A stretch of 55,096 nucleotides of DNA, the filler included, from Sphacelaria rigidula (Eukaryota): assembly GCA_964200075.2 (NCBI GenBank). It is 4 parts of 4 records of this genome, joined end to end, with 100 filler letters (N's around TTAATTAATTAA, not from the genome) between each part and the next. Parts side by side here need not be neighbours in the genome. Positions count along the whole stretch, not along the records: positions 1 to 13,701 come from CAXNAA020002712.1; positions 13,802 to 27,502 come from CAXNAA020002713.1; 2 more parts are not named here. One strand, written 5' to 3'. The translations under genes were made by a program, and so were the position numbers. Of the stretch, positions 12,601 to 23,383 are shown piece by piece; position 1 is the first letter of the stretch, and every line of letters begins with the position of its first letter. The notes beneath the pieces are model-generated. The model did not search any database, was not told where the DNA came from, and saw only the letters and a program-made list of their open reading frames with translations.

Positions 12601-13597
12601 AAGATATATATTTTGGTGAATGTGACTGTACTACAGCTGGAATATATAAGAGAGGTGTGGGAGGGGAACACGAAGTTGGCGAAGAAGTTGGAAACCATAC
12701 AGGTGACAGTAGCTGAGACAATTCTTGGATGCTTAAAAACGATCAGTAATACAGCATTGAGAGAGCAGAGTTGGGACTGTACCCACTTGAAACAGAGATA
12801 TGATGAAATTAAAATAGCAATATAGCGTAAGGAGCATGCCAAGAAAGAGGTCGCCAGCCATGGTCGATAGAGCCGCATGGAAGAAAGTGACGAAGGGGCA
12901 GGCTGGAATATGGTGGGATAGCGTAGTCAAGCAATCGGGAAGGACGTAGGAGGAAACTCAGACGAGGTAATGTCCACAGGTGAATATAGAGGGTAGAAAA
13001 CAATAGGAGGTATGATAGAAACAAGGGAAGATGAAGCGCCAAGACAGAAAGTATCTTAGGAAGAGCACCTAAATATATACGGGGGAAAAAGAGAGGCAAT
13101 AGGAATGAAGAAATATCTGCATCACCTAATGAGCTTCACGAAACGATTTAGGCTGCGATTTCGGGTACGAGACCTGGACTTGCCAGAAACAAGAAATAGC
13201 TATACGAGCGATCGAGTGGAAGAGGAAGTGGATGCACAGAGTTGCCCATGTGGCAAAGTAATAGAGTAGAGCTCATACACTTGCAGAATGTGTACTCTAC
13301 AATGGAGAGCGGGACACGGTAGAGGGGAGAATGTGGGAAGTGAATGAAGGTGGTATGATTTCGTTTGATACATCAGGCAGTACAGAGAACACGATGGTCA
13401 CACCAGGAGTTAGAATGGTGGCCACAGACGGCGCATCAGGAAGGGGATGAGATACGTACAAGTGATTAGTGTGGTGTATGAAAGCAACGTAAAGAGCGCC
13501 CAAGAAGTTGGAGGTGTGTCTATTTGGAGAAGGAGCATACGCCGTCTCGAGAGAAATGCGTCGTCAATGATCAAACGACTTTATTATTATTATTATT
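9650..13597 (+). mobile_element. Decayed non-LTR retrotransposon (LINE) with APE endonuclease, reverse transcriptase and C-terminal zinc knuckle; many stops and frameshifts
   Basis: APE motifs SWNV (about 10055), DKVGTQE, GFLVKEY and GEFNARVG (about 10487); RT motifs KLAGVDEI, IFKEGDKADPGNFKRITLLSTVGK, FTPSRSCVD, GCTLLPTLFKVFVNDL, LMFADG (decayed FADD, about 12305), KWKVTANVNNC; CPCG...H...EC near 13243-13292; (TAT)n tail at 13581-13597; purine-rich sense strand. 5' boundary approximate. Confidence 0.92.
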
Positions 13598-13701
13598 TCC
13601 GCACATTAGTCCGATCTCGCGAAAGACTAAGGCAAGCAATAAATGAGTACGCCCCCCCCCCCCCCCCCCCCCCCCCCACCAACCCAAACCCACCAACACA
13701 A

Positions 13702-13801
13702 NNNNNNNNNNNNNNNNNNNNNNNNNNNNNNNNNNNNNNNNNNNNTTAATTAATTAANNNNNNNNNNNNNNNNNNNNNNNNNNNNNNNNNNNNNNNNNNN
13801 N
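13702..13801. other. Artificial contig spacer N44-TTAATTAATTAA-N44
   Basis: Exactly 100 bp, identical to the spacers at 27503 and 41301; the linker gives TAA in all frames on both strands. Confidence 0.98.
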
Positions 13802-13865
13802 GGTATGGGATACCCCGGTAAATACCGGGGGTACGCTCGGCACGGTACCTTACCTGCGGTGCCTG
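13802..13865 (-). mobile_element. Terminus of a hAT-like element (CAGGCACCG...) truncated by the contig end
   Basis: Reverse complement matches 54792-54860 (CAGGCACCG.GGTAAGGTAC...CCCCCGGTATTTACCG.GGTAT). Superfamily assignment is inferred from the CAGG start and GGTA-rich subterminal repeats. Confidence 0.6.
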
Positions 13866-14469
13866 TGGATTTTTTCCAACATTTCGAGGAAAGCGATAAA
13901 TCGTCTCAAATAAGTACCAGCCCTAGGCACTACGATACGGCGTGCATCCCAGGGAGCGGTGTGGCGTAAATACGAAGTAAAATCCTGTATGAAGATCCAG
14001 ATCTGATACTTGAGGTCGATCGAGAGGTTACTTGTCGAGACTGCTGATCGGTGGTGCATTCTGCATTCTGGAAAACGCCACAGGTCGGTGCATTTACTCG
14101 CAGGCTCCCAGTTTCAACGTCAACCCTTAGACGGCCCTGGGGCCATCATACGTTGATGACTTCGCACCATCCTCCCTTCACTATTTAGTCATTAGTTGGA
14201 GACACGGGTGCACAGCTACCGGTGCTTATGAAAATGGATGGGCTGCGATCCGTATGAGCCGGCGATGACGGAGAATGGGGCCTTCCACCCGACAGTCCAA
14301 CCGTCTTTTGTGAAGCACCCACTACACGTTTCTTTACACCAACGAACGTTCTCAACGTGGGAGTACAAAATCAGTATCCGCGACATGAGTCACTACATGT
14401 AGTAGGTAGAACAGTACTTGGCATTGCGTCAGTTCATGTTCCAGATTCCGGTTTTGGGGCCTGTTTGAA

Positions 14470-14629
14470 CCCTTTTGGGACGGGATCCTGGAAAAGATGT
14501 GGGTTTGCACGCAGGGGCTTTTTTGCGAATCGATATAATCTTCAGTCGTTTCCAAGTAAATATAATGACAATTCACGGAAACGCCCCTGCGTGCAAACCG
14601 AATTTTTCTGGGAGTTCGGTCCCAAAGGG
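14470..14629. mobile_element. 160-bp MITE-like fold-back with CCC...GGG termini
   Basis: Arms CCCTTTTGGGAC...GGTTTGCACGCAGGGGC and GCCCCTGCGTGCAAACC...GTCCCAAAGGG are inverted repeats; no clean TSD. Confidence 0.7.
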
Positions 14630-14839
14630 ATTGAGGAGAGAATAAAAGCGACAACGCCCCGTATGTGTGAGAGTGATCCCGGCGTTTTTTCGTGCCTGTG
14701 TCGCCTCTTGTCCTCCCAGTCAGTTGCCCATCAGCTCTCCAACTATTCGGAAGGACAAATTTGAATTTCGAAACAAAATCACCAAACCGCCAAAATCACA
14801 CTCTCTCACGGCGCCTGCTCACTTTCCTCGTCTTGTTAA

Positions 14840-14938
14840 CCCTTATACCGCGAGATTAGTCTTTCTGGATCATGCATACTTTTTTTTCACTTGAAATTGA
14901 TGCCGATTCAACAGAAGACTAACCTCGCGGTCTAAGGG
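14840..14938. mobile_element. 99-bp piggyBac-like MITE
   Basis: TTAA|CCCTTATACCGCGAGATTAGTCTT ... AAGACTAACCTCGCGGTCTAAGGG|TTGA; closely similar to 17980-18077. Confidence 0.85.
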
Positions 14939-15879
14939 TTGAAAGACGGCCTCACGAGTACTTGGCATCGGAAAACGCACAGAACAGCATATCAACGCAC
15001 GTGGATCTATCGCGCAGACGAAGAATCCGTCAACACGTCCACATCGCATTCCCGCGGTGTCTGCTGCAGGTGCGCCGATGCAGCCGTGGACGTTGTAAGG
15101 TCACGGGCGTAGATAACAAAGTGAAGCCCAAGACATACCTACGAGACAAAGAGTACACATTACCGAGACGGTGTCTGTTCTTGTTTTTCTGATTTGATTC
15201 GCTTGGACTCATTCCCAAGCATCTGCCGTGGATCCAGCAGCCACGTATTCCCATCTACACGGAGGTCAAAACACCCGGTCGATCACCCGAAGCAACTCGA
15301 TGAGTACGTCATGGCACTACCGGAACAGCGAACAACGACATCTTTCATATTCACAATAACCGCGCAAGTATAGCTCCTTGTGCACCCGCTCCTCTGGTCA
15401 ACAATCTAGCTTCCCTTCCCTTGAGTTGCTGCACAACAACACAGGCAGGCTCATGTGCACCGTGCATCCTCCCTGGTGTACTTGCTCCGTGAAGTGAATC
15501 AAAGTATAGTGTGTAAGCACAGTCTGTAAAGAAATAAAAGTCCTTCGTACAGGTGAACATTCCGTGTGCTGCTGTAACAAATCAACCGTTAGGTTGCAGA
15601 AACAAATATACCCTGAATACTGTTTACGGGTAAACTATTTAGAGATGAGCGAGTCATGCCGCGATAGTCTCCCCCAGAACAGTTGCTGGTGAGATGCGGG
15701 TTCTTCTCGAAGGGGTTTACCCCCCTTCCTGACATCCTCTTGAAAGGAAATTTTGCCCCCACAACGACCAGTTTGAGTCGTTTGGAGAAGCAGTTTGGAG
15801 AAGATAGAAGCCCACATCTGCGTACAGGTTCAGCAGTGCAGGGGTTCTGGATCTATCCCAGTATATATATATATATATA

Positions 15880-16136
15880 GGTGACCACTTGATTTTTGCC
15901 TGGACAGCGAAATCCGGATCTTTAATGGGGATGCGCTGCAGGCGTGCTCCTAGCCCGCCAAGAACGCGTTTGTGTATAAATCAGCGCCTCGGGCGCCGAT
16001 TTGAGGTCTGGCACGGACACTTTGCCTAAGAGGCGCTTGCACGAGGGTTCTCGGTGTGCCTTCGTTGGGGTTAGGGTCAGGGCTAGCTTTAGTTTTATAC
16101 TGTGTTGGTAATTCATCACCTCACCAAGTGGTGAAC
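15880..16136 (+). mobile_element. TA-flanked MITE carrying a GC hairpin and telomere-like repeats (telo-MITE)
   Basis: Ends GGTGACCACTTG and CAAGTGGTGAAC; inserted in (TA)n with TA on the right; internal AAATCAGCGCCTCGGGCGCCGATTT hairpin and GGGGTTAGGGTCAGGGCTAG. Confidence 0.75.
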
Positions 16137-16933
16137 TACTGTAACCTCATCTGTCCAGAGGCCGCTGCGGTGTGACGATGTCCCCTTTTTTTTATGTACA
16201 GCAAGCTCACAGGCCCCATCTTATCGGGAAGGGGAAAAAAAGGGTAGAACGACGCAAGCCTCCAAAATCAGCATGTGGATCGATCCACGGGTCGGTCTAG
16301 GGTTGGAGCGACTTATTCAGCATGCTGTTTTTGGAGGCGTGTTCCATTTCGAACGTGTCTAGTTGAGACGAGGCAACAAAGAAAGCACAGAAGGAAACTA
16401 GGATCCAAAAGCAGGATATCGATTCATCGCCGCAAACATAGACCCGCCCGGCGGCCAATCAACGTGCTGCTTTCCGACGCTTGTTTCCTTTCTTGCTTAT
16501 CTTCTTGTCTCGATAAGACAGGGCCTCTACGCTTCCTTTTTGGCGGCTTGATTCGTCGCACTATGTAACGATTCGTACCGATACACAAACTGCAGATCCC
16601 GCTACGCTCCGATCCTTCACATTTCGGACCGCAGCGCAATACTTCGCAAGCATGCGAGAATCATCAGGAACTTCGCTAGTGACACCCTGGGCTATGTCGT
16701 AAAGTAAAGAGCACCGCGGGTTGGCGGTATCTATCTCCTTAGACGGTGTGGGCTCCGGCAGCGGTGTTGGAGCTGTTGGGGTCAAGCACGGTGATCGTTT
16801 GCGGACATACGCACTTTCGAAGTGAAGAGCAGAAACAATCCAGTAGCTACCTACTTACTTGCCTGCAGTGCTGCTAGGAGTGTACGCCACGGCACCGTCT
16901 GAAAAGTGTATAGCTGATGGTTTCATTGGGTGT

Positions 16934-17085
16934 AGCACCGCAGAAGGAAGGTGGGGTATTAAAATCAAATAAGAATGAAAAAGCTCCTGTGTTGACCTTC
17001 CTCCAGTGTGACCCCGGCTGATGCGCTCACATACACCGAAAGGTGTAGATTGGTACCCAGAATAAATGGGACGACAACATGACAC
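16934..17085 (+). mobile_element. SINE family 1, 5'-truncated copy
   Basis: AGCACCGCAGAAGGAAGGTGGGG...GTGTGACCCCGGCTGATGCGCTCACATACACCGAAAGGTGTAG...GACAACATGACAC. Confidence 0.85.
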
Positions 17086-17271
17086 GTCTGCTCATAAAAC
17101 TAACAGAAAGCAAGTATGCTGCAATCTATGCTCATGGGTGCTACTGCAGCATCCCGAGAGAGCCGGTCGATCACGCCCAAGCCTGTCTGACTCCCCCCCC
17201 CCATTTCACAGAGAGGTTGCGAGCAAGATGTTTACCACAGTTATGAACGCAATACACAGGCAGGTATAGCA

Positions 17272-17351
17272 TTGTTAGATGTACAACATATTAACTGAGC
17301 TGTCAGTCAGCGCTAACTGTTAGCTCAGTGGATATGTTGTACATCCAACAA
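17272..17351. repeat. 80-bp near-perfect palindrome or hairpin
   Basis: TTGTTAGATGTACAACATATTAACTGAGCT...AGCGCT...AGCTCAGTGGATATGTTGTACATCCAACAA. Confidence 0.9.
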
Positions 17352-17544
17352 AAGTACAAGCACAACCCTGTCATTTATTCTGCCGGCGAAGGCGAGCAAA
17401 CGACGAGATGAGTTTTATCTGTAATCAGATATCTAAGAGCGACAGTAAATTTCTATACAATAATGAGCCTGCGGCGATTGCCGAATTTCAGACCTTCTCC
17501 CATTTGTTTTATGTGTCGATAATAACGACACTTTGTGTGCACAG

Positions 17545-17730
17545 CACTGCTACAATGTGAAGCTATGCTGGCAACACATGATGCAGGCAGGCTGCACGGA
17601 CCACGAGCAGGGTACCAAACACGTTGTTTGTGCCCATGTAATCTATGATTGTATTGCCATGACCAAAATGAGAAATACGGCTAGACAGCGAAGTAATCAT
17701 CCACCTGCAGTCAACCTGTAGGGAGACAAA
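17545..17730 (+). repeat. Dispersed repeat, homologous to about 23235-23420
   Basis: Colinear TGTGAAGC.ATG.TGGCAACACA, CACGTT.T.TG..CCCATGT.ATCTA, GACCAA.ATGA.AAAT and GACAGCGA. Confidence 0.7.
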
Positions 17731-17979
17731 GTAATCATTTGATAGCCGTGATTGGTCCGAATATAAGACGTTCAGCAATGAGTTGTGAGTTCGCGTCGGC
17801 AGGTTCACTGAATCCCCCCCTTAAAACTCTGGTTCATCCCGGGGTGAAAAGGAAGAGAAGGGAGTAAGGGTTGAACACACAGCCCCGCTGAGGCGGCCTG
17901 GCCACCCGTCCCACAAGCAGCCCCTTGCCCTGGGGATTGATGCTGATAGGAACTGAAATAGCCGGAATGACGACATTAA

Positions 17980-18077
17980 CCCTTAGATCGCGAGATTAGT
18001 CTTTCTGGATCATGCATCGTTTTTTTCACTTGAAATTGATGCCAATTCAAAAGAAGACCAAACTCGCGGTCTTAGGG
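17980..18077. mobile_element. 98-bp piggyBac-like MITE
   Basis: TTAA on both flanks (17976-17979, 18078-18081); CCCT...AGGG termini; imperfect TIRs of about 24 bp. Confidence 0.88.
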
Positions 18078-18444
18078 TTAAGTGTCACACGTAGCAGCTT
18101 CGTAAAGAGCGGCATCATGGCAGCCGGCAGGGTCTCTCCCAAGCCTGGCGCTCGATCTATGGATGCGCTCCTTCACCTGCTCACATATCTGGGGCGTATG
18201 ACACACCAGATTCTTCCCGTTCTGTCACATCATCACGCTCGCACGCAATGTTATTTCGCCTTCGATGGGAAAGGCGGGTAATTTCTCGTGATTGCGAGGC
18301 TGTAAAGCGCCACAACCCCTATAACAATCACCATCGCTGTCACAATCTCATTCTTCATCCGTTAAGACGGGGCCTGAGCAAAAAAGGGTCCGCAAACGCT
18401 GATGCCCGATCAACTTCATGACGATCAGAATCTCAGGGTCGGAT

Positions 18445-18550
18445 GCGTGTGGTGTTGTCATACCATATATTCTCCGCACCAGTTTACACCTACACCTGTC
18501 GGTCTATGCGGGCACACCAGCCGGGGTCACACAGGAGAGGAGTCAACAGA
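18445..18550 (-). mobile_element. SINE family 1, short 3' fragment
   Basis: Plus strand reads GTGTTGTCATACC...CACCAGCCGGGGTCACACAGGAGAGGAGTCAACA, the reverse complement of the family tail. Confidence 0.8.
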
Positions 18551-18818
18551 CGAATTTTGTCACATTTTTGTTATAGGGTTTTTGCCAGTTTGTTCGAAAA
18601 AATCAACCATGAATATACTACCAAAACTTCAGGTCGCGACCAAAACTTAAAATCGTCTCAAACTCGCATCGACACTCTACATGATGGAACAAGGGGTGGG
18701 TGTGGATATCCGAAATTTCACCAACTCCACATGCCCGAAAGTACTCCACAGGTAGGTTATTTGTGTAAATCTGGGGCATGTTAACATACCGACAGAAATA
18801 GAAAATGTGGGAAATCGG

Positions 18819-19051
18819 CCAATCGCCCCGGTGGCTCAGTTGGTGACCTCGAGACGTCTGACGGTCGAGACGTAGACATGGGTTCGATTCTAGGTGGAGT
18901 AACACGATTTGTTTTTCTTTCCTCACCAACAGTGGAGAGCGACTTTTTCGTGGGTGCACAAAAGTTAGCCTTCACGGGGGACGAGGGAAAGGGATCGCTG
19001 AATACTTCTCGCCATAGACTGAAGGGCAAGAACCGCAGAAGGGGAAGGTGG
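18819..19051 (+). mobile_element. SINE family 1, 5' two-thirds with intact Pol III boxes
   Basis: A box TGGCTCAGTTGG and B box GGTTCGATTC; body GACGAGGGAAAGGGATCGCTG; breaks off into CTAACCCTAACCCTTACCCTGACC. Confidence 0.85.
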
Positions 19052-19796
19052 AACACTAACCCTAACCCTTACCCTGACCTTTGTGCAAGAGAGGTACACG
19101 TTGTCAACGATAAACATACGACCGAAGCTCCACGTCTACTGGCGAGTTTGTCGACAAATCATTACGGCTGAAAAATGCTTGATTTTTGTACAGGGCCATA
19201 AGATACAGATAGTTGAAGGGTTGACCGCCCCGAATACTCACTCCCCTCGTGCCAGTAGAGTTCACGACACCCTCGACATTGCCGAAGAGTATATTGCGTA
19301 CAGTACGAAATCTATAGTCTCTGACAATAGACACAGTAGTCGATACTGTACGCGGTACACTTTTTTACGAGACGATCGTCTGTCCAGGGTGTGGAGTTTA
19401 TGCCAGTTCGTCCACCCAACGTAATGGATGAAACATGCTTGATTTGAGTGGGAGCACCGAGATTCGAATCGTTTCAAGGGTACGACAAAAAATGAGTCGT
19501 CTGGAAAATACTTGGTTTTAGTATAATTGATTCAACTCATATGAATCAATCCCTCGGCTTTGTTTCAAGCGTTGCAACCCAGGTACACGCAGCCCAGACA
19601 CGTGGAATGGCGCAAAAGTTGCGTGGATACATACCCCTTGGACCAACGGTCAACTTTTTTCTCCCTTTTGGGCAATCAGGCCGAAGAAATCGTGGATTTG
19701 GTGATTTTTAGTCGTTGTGATTCGTCTTAACGGTGGATCGTTTGTGGGGCTGACAGTTTCAGGTGCTCACTGCGTGCGCAGGATGCCTTTTTTTTG

Positions 19797-19935
19797 TCCG
19801 AATCGGCGCCACATAGGCATCGATTCAAGGTCTGCCAAATCACACTTCGCCTAGGACACCCTTTGTACCCCCGTGTCCGAGAGTTTTCGGTACGCCTCCG
19901 TTGATTTTAGGGCTAGAATCAGGGATAGGATCAGC
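19797..19935 (+). mobile_element. telo-MITE family fragment
   Basis: AATCGGCGCC...CGATTCAAGGTCTGCC...CACACTTCGCCTAGGACACCC...TTAGGGCTAGAATCAGGGATAGG. Confidence 0.7.
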
Positions 19936-20079
19936 ACTCTTTCAAAACTGTGTCAGCCATGGATTTGGGTAGACGAACTGCACGAACTGGGGCGAAGTCA
20001 CCTCCCTCGTGCTCGAACACGCGATTTGCTCAAATCGCGATTTGTGAACTCTACAAATACACATACTGCCGTGGACACC

Positions 20080-20311
20080 GTGTATGTGTGTGTGTGTGTT
20101 GATATCACATCTTCCCTGGACGCCAGTCTACACCTTTCGGTATATGTGGGCGCATCAGCCGGGGTCACACAGGAGGAAAGTCAACACAGGAGCATTTTTC
20201 TTTTTTTATTCGTTTTCGTGCTCCACCTTCCTTCTGCGGTGCTTGCCTTAATTTTTATCGCGAGAGGGGTTCAGCGGTCCTTTTCCCTCGTCGACCGTGA
20301 GGTCGAATTTT
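20080..20311 (-). mobile_element. SINE family 1, 5'-truncated copy with (CA)n tail
   Basis: (TG)n followed by GGACGCCAGTCTACACCTTTCGGTATATGTGGGCGCATCAGCCGGGGTCACACAGG...TTTCCCTCGTCGACC. Confidence 0.9.
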
Positions 20312-20887
20312 GCCACGTGCATACCCCTCACCCGAGGATTCTCGGGATGCCTTGGAAGAGTATTTGTGTTGACGGTTGGCGATGTCATCTGGCAAAAAAA
20401 AGGGTTCAACCATGAAATCCCTTGACTACTTTGCGTAAAGGTATCTTCGTTATCCGGGTTCCCGGTGTCGTACGTGCAGGTCCAGCTCGGAAGCGGATCA
20501 GCCTCCCAAAGCGATATCACATCGACACAGACGAGTTGATCCGTGATCCACACATCGTATTCTTTGTCTTATCAAGGGAAAGATTCACATATACTGAAAA
20601 GTCTGGGCTATTTTCTTTCGTCAATTAAACATCATGTCGAGTAATTCCCATACCATCATGAGATAGGGTCCACAGTAGAGTCTATGTGAAACCCCAAACG
20701 ATACATACCGCGGATGATGACGATTCTGGTGTGGACATTCTCTGGAGCACGGGGAAGCAATCGATACCCTCACCTTCACCTAATTCGCCATCTATGTAGA
20801 GATATGGCGCACATAATACTTCATACGAACTTCAACATATTACAGGCAAAGGCACTGAATGCACCAAAATCTGGATTTCGGGTATCA

Positions 20888-22089
20888 GTTTTTGAGAGTT
20901 GTGCTTTGAAATTTGGTATGGAGAACAGCCAGAGCACAGAAAAAAAGGCGTCTTGAGATTTGTTTCCCCATTTTTTTCGTTATTAGGGGCGTTTCAAGGA
21001 AAAGTGGACATTGTGCTTGGCCCTCAACTTAGTTCTTCAGCTCAATCTCAAGAATTGTGATATGAAACGTAGGCCACTGCTCATGCGTCAAAAATCTTGT
21101 TGAAAAGTGCCCTTCTGGCTCTTCTCCGTCGTTTTTCGCCCCCGAACAAGGATTACGCGGATGTTAACGCCTCGGAATGACTTGCTTTACTCGTTGAGAC
21201 CGTTCCCGAGCACCTTCGCGTTTTCCATAAGTGACAGCTGTGTTATTGGCCAAACTTGCATTTTCAATAATAAACGGCCAAGCCATCATAAACCTGGCAG
21301 TTTGATCCCTGTTTCTTCATAACTCGACCGTTCCTTATTGAAATCTCAAGCCTGGCGAAAGACACAGCTGCACCTATGGAAAACGCAAAGGTGCTCTAGA
21401 GCGGTCTCAATGAGTAGAGCCAGTCATTCCGAGGTGTCAAAATCCGCCCGACTCTCATCTGGGGCGAAAAACGACGGAGAACGGCCAAAAAGGCAATTTT
21501 CCCCGAGATGTTTTCTGGACACACGAGAACTGACCTTTAGTATGGCGAATCGCGAAGGCATATCGAGATTTTTTTCTTCTCAAGTGGGTCTTCCCTCCTT
21601 TATTTTTTGGAGCCTCCACCCACCATTTTTTTGGAGAGTAAAGGGCGTCCTTCTTAAAACATGGTGTTTATTAACTATCCTAAAACATCCTTGACCCATA
21701 AAAAACATGAACGAATCAATGCCTCATTTTTTTCTCATAATGCTCTACTCGTAGCAAGGTCCCGCACAAAAATTCAAGATGCAAGTACCAAGCCTGGGCC
21801 GGTAAGTGTAAGTGGCCTGCAGAATACTGTTTCGAATTGTGATCGGCCCGGTTTCTAAATCGCCCCGCTTCACGTCGACTTTGAGGGTTGGACTTTCAAG
21901 TTTGGGAGGGAGAATGAATAAGGCATGAGGTTACGGCATTTCACTAAAAACTGGATACTGAGTCTTGCCTCCAACTCATGAAGAACAAAAACTCATCGTC
22001 CCGACTTTTTTTTTTTTTCAATTATGCCCTGTTCATTCTCCATGATAAATTTGAAAGTCCAACTCTCAAAATTGAGGTGAGGCGGGGCG
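20888..22089. repeat. Complex fold-back region with nested inverted repeats
   Basis: Hairpin about 21090-21515 (CGTCGTTTTTCGCCCC vs GGGGCGAAAAACGACG; GACAGCTGTGT vs ACACAGCTG); second hairpin 21861-22089; the 20888-20965 segment also pairs with about 21985-22072. Confidence 0.8.
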
Positions 22090-22505
22090 CGTGCAACCTA
22101 CAATTTCGCGTCCAGGCTGGACCAGCTCGTAACTACTTAGTGACCGACCTGTGAACAACTTCGTAGTGGAAGGCTCACACAGATGCTCGACACAGATCAT
22201 GATCGCTGTTTACCGTCTCAGGCGCCGGTTGAATCATGCAACCTCACCCGACGACACCCTAACTCTAGTCTCAAACTTATCTCCAACGAAGGTAGACTGT
22301 GAACCCAAAAGCGCGTCGCGGCACAGCGCGTGCCGCGAGGTGGCGCAAAAGTGCTCTTCGTATTCCAGGGAACCCAATCGAATGAAAATCAAGTGTAAGT
22401 CGTATGAGCATCCTAAAAGCGCTTGACCCCCTGACCGCGAGGATAGGACATCGACGGCTGATTACCAAATGGTCGGGAAAGATGGTTGCAATGAATGAGT
22501 TGCCG

Positions 22506-22741
22506 CCAACCCTAAGGCTGACCCTAACCCTAACCCCGACAGAGGCACGTGAGAACCCTCGGGTACGGGAGGTGCGGAGGGTGTCCTAGGCAAGGTGTGC
22601 GTTGGAAGACCTCAAATCGGCGCCTGCGGTGGCGATTTTGGACCAAACACGTTCCGCAAGAGCTAGGAGCACTTGGGGACCGTCCGTCAGCCCCTTTAAA
22701 GATCCGAATACCGATGTTGATAGTAAAATCAAGTCGGGACC
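22506..22741 (-). mobile_element. telo-MITE family copy
   Basis: ACCCTAACCCTAACCCC...GAGAACCCTCG...CCTAGGCAAGGTGTGCGTTGG..GACCTCAAATCGGCGCCTGCGGTGGCGATTT...AAATCAAGT. Confidence 0.8.
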
Positions 22742-23383
22742 ATTATTCCTGACCGTTTGGTAATACCTGATCTGTTGAGGACATCTCTGTCACGCATCAA
22801 TCCTGCAGGTGAACTTGGTGCTGATTCAACAGTTGATCTGTGCTGGCGATCAAAGCTTCACCAGAGTAAATATACTGTAGTCGAATATAGCGGGAACCCA
22901 GTTTTGAGATACCTCTAATACTCAACCCTTGTAAAGTGGTAACGTCCCTCAGATGGACTCAGACGGACTATGCCACATTTGGGATTCAGAATAGCTCTGT
23001 TCTCGCTAGACAAAAACGCTTGTATTTCATCAACATGCGGATGTTGGGCATCTATACATAAAATAGTCCCGGATAACCCTTGACAGGTGTTGACCCCGCA
23101 GTCAATTCCCGCGCGGAGTAAGCAATGTGTGCTGTACGTGTTCGCTGGATACAACGGGAAAGAAACAGTCAGCGTGCATCTCTCTCCTCGGAATACAGTC
23201 TACGGTATGCCGCCGATGTCTCTGCTTAGTACCCGACAATACACAGTGTGAAGCCATGATGGCAACACAGGAGGGGTCCCAAGCAGGCGGCAAAGAGCAT
23301 GAGCAGAAGGGAAAGCACGTTATCTGTACCCATGTCATCTACGGTTGAATTGTTGTGACCAAGATGAAAAATGAGGCCATTAA

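Noticed and set aside
13746..13757. TTAATTAATTAA as a biological motif or piggyBac target
   Set aside because: It sits in the centre of N runs, identically three times: an assembly linker.
16561..16785. Possible minus-strand exon (TPTAPTPLPEPTPSKEID...)
   Set aside because: Plausible splice sites but no partner exons or recognisable domain; insufficient support.
18819..18900. tRNA genes at A/B-box sites (also 42429, 25200, 43507, 47015)
   Set aside because: No complete cloverleaf could be folded and each head continues into a repeated SINE body.
19873..20415. Recurrent similar ORFs (..LDASLHLSVYVGASAGVTQEE..) suggesting a gene family
   Set aside because: They are antisense translations of SINE family 1 copies with inconsistent starts and frames.
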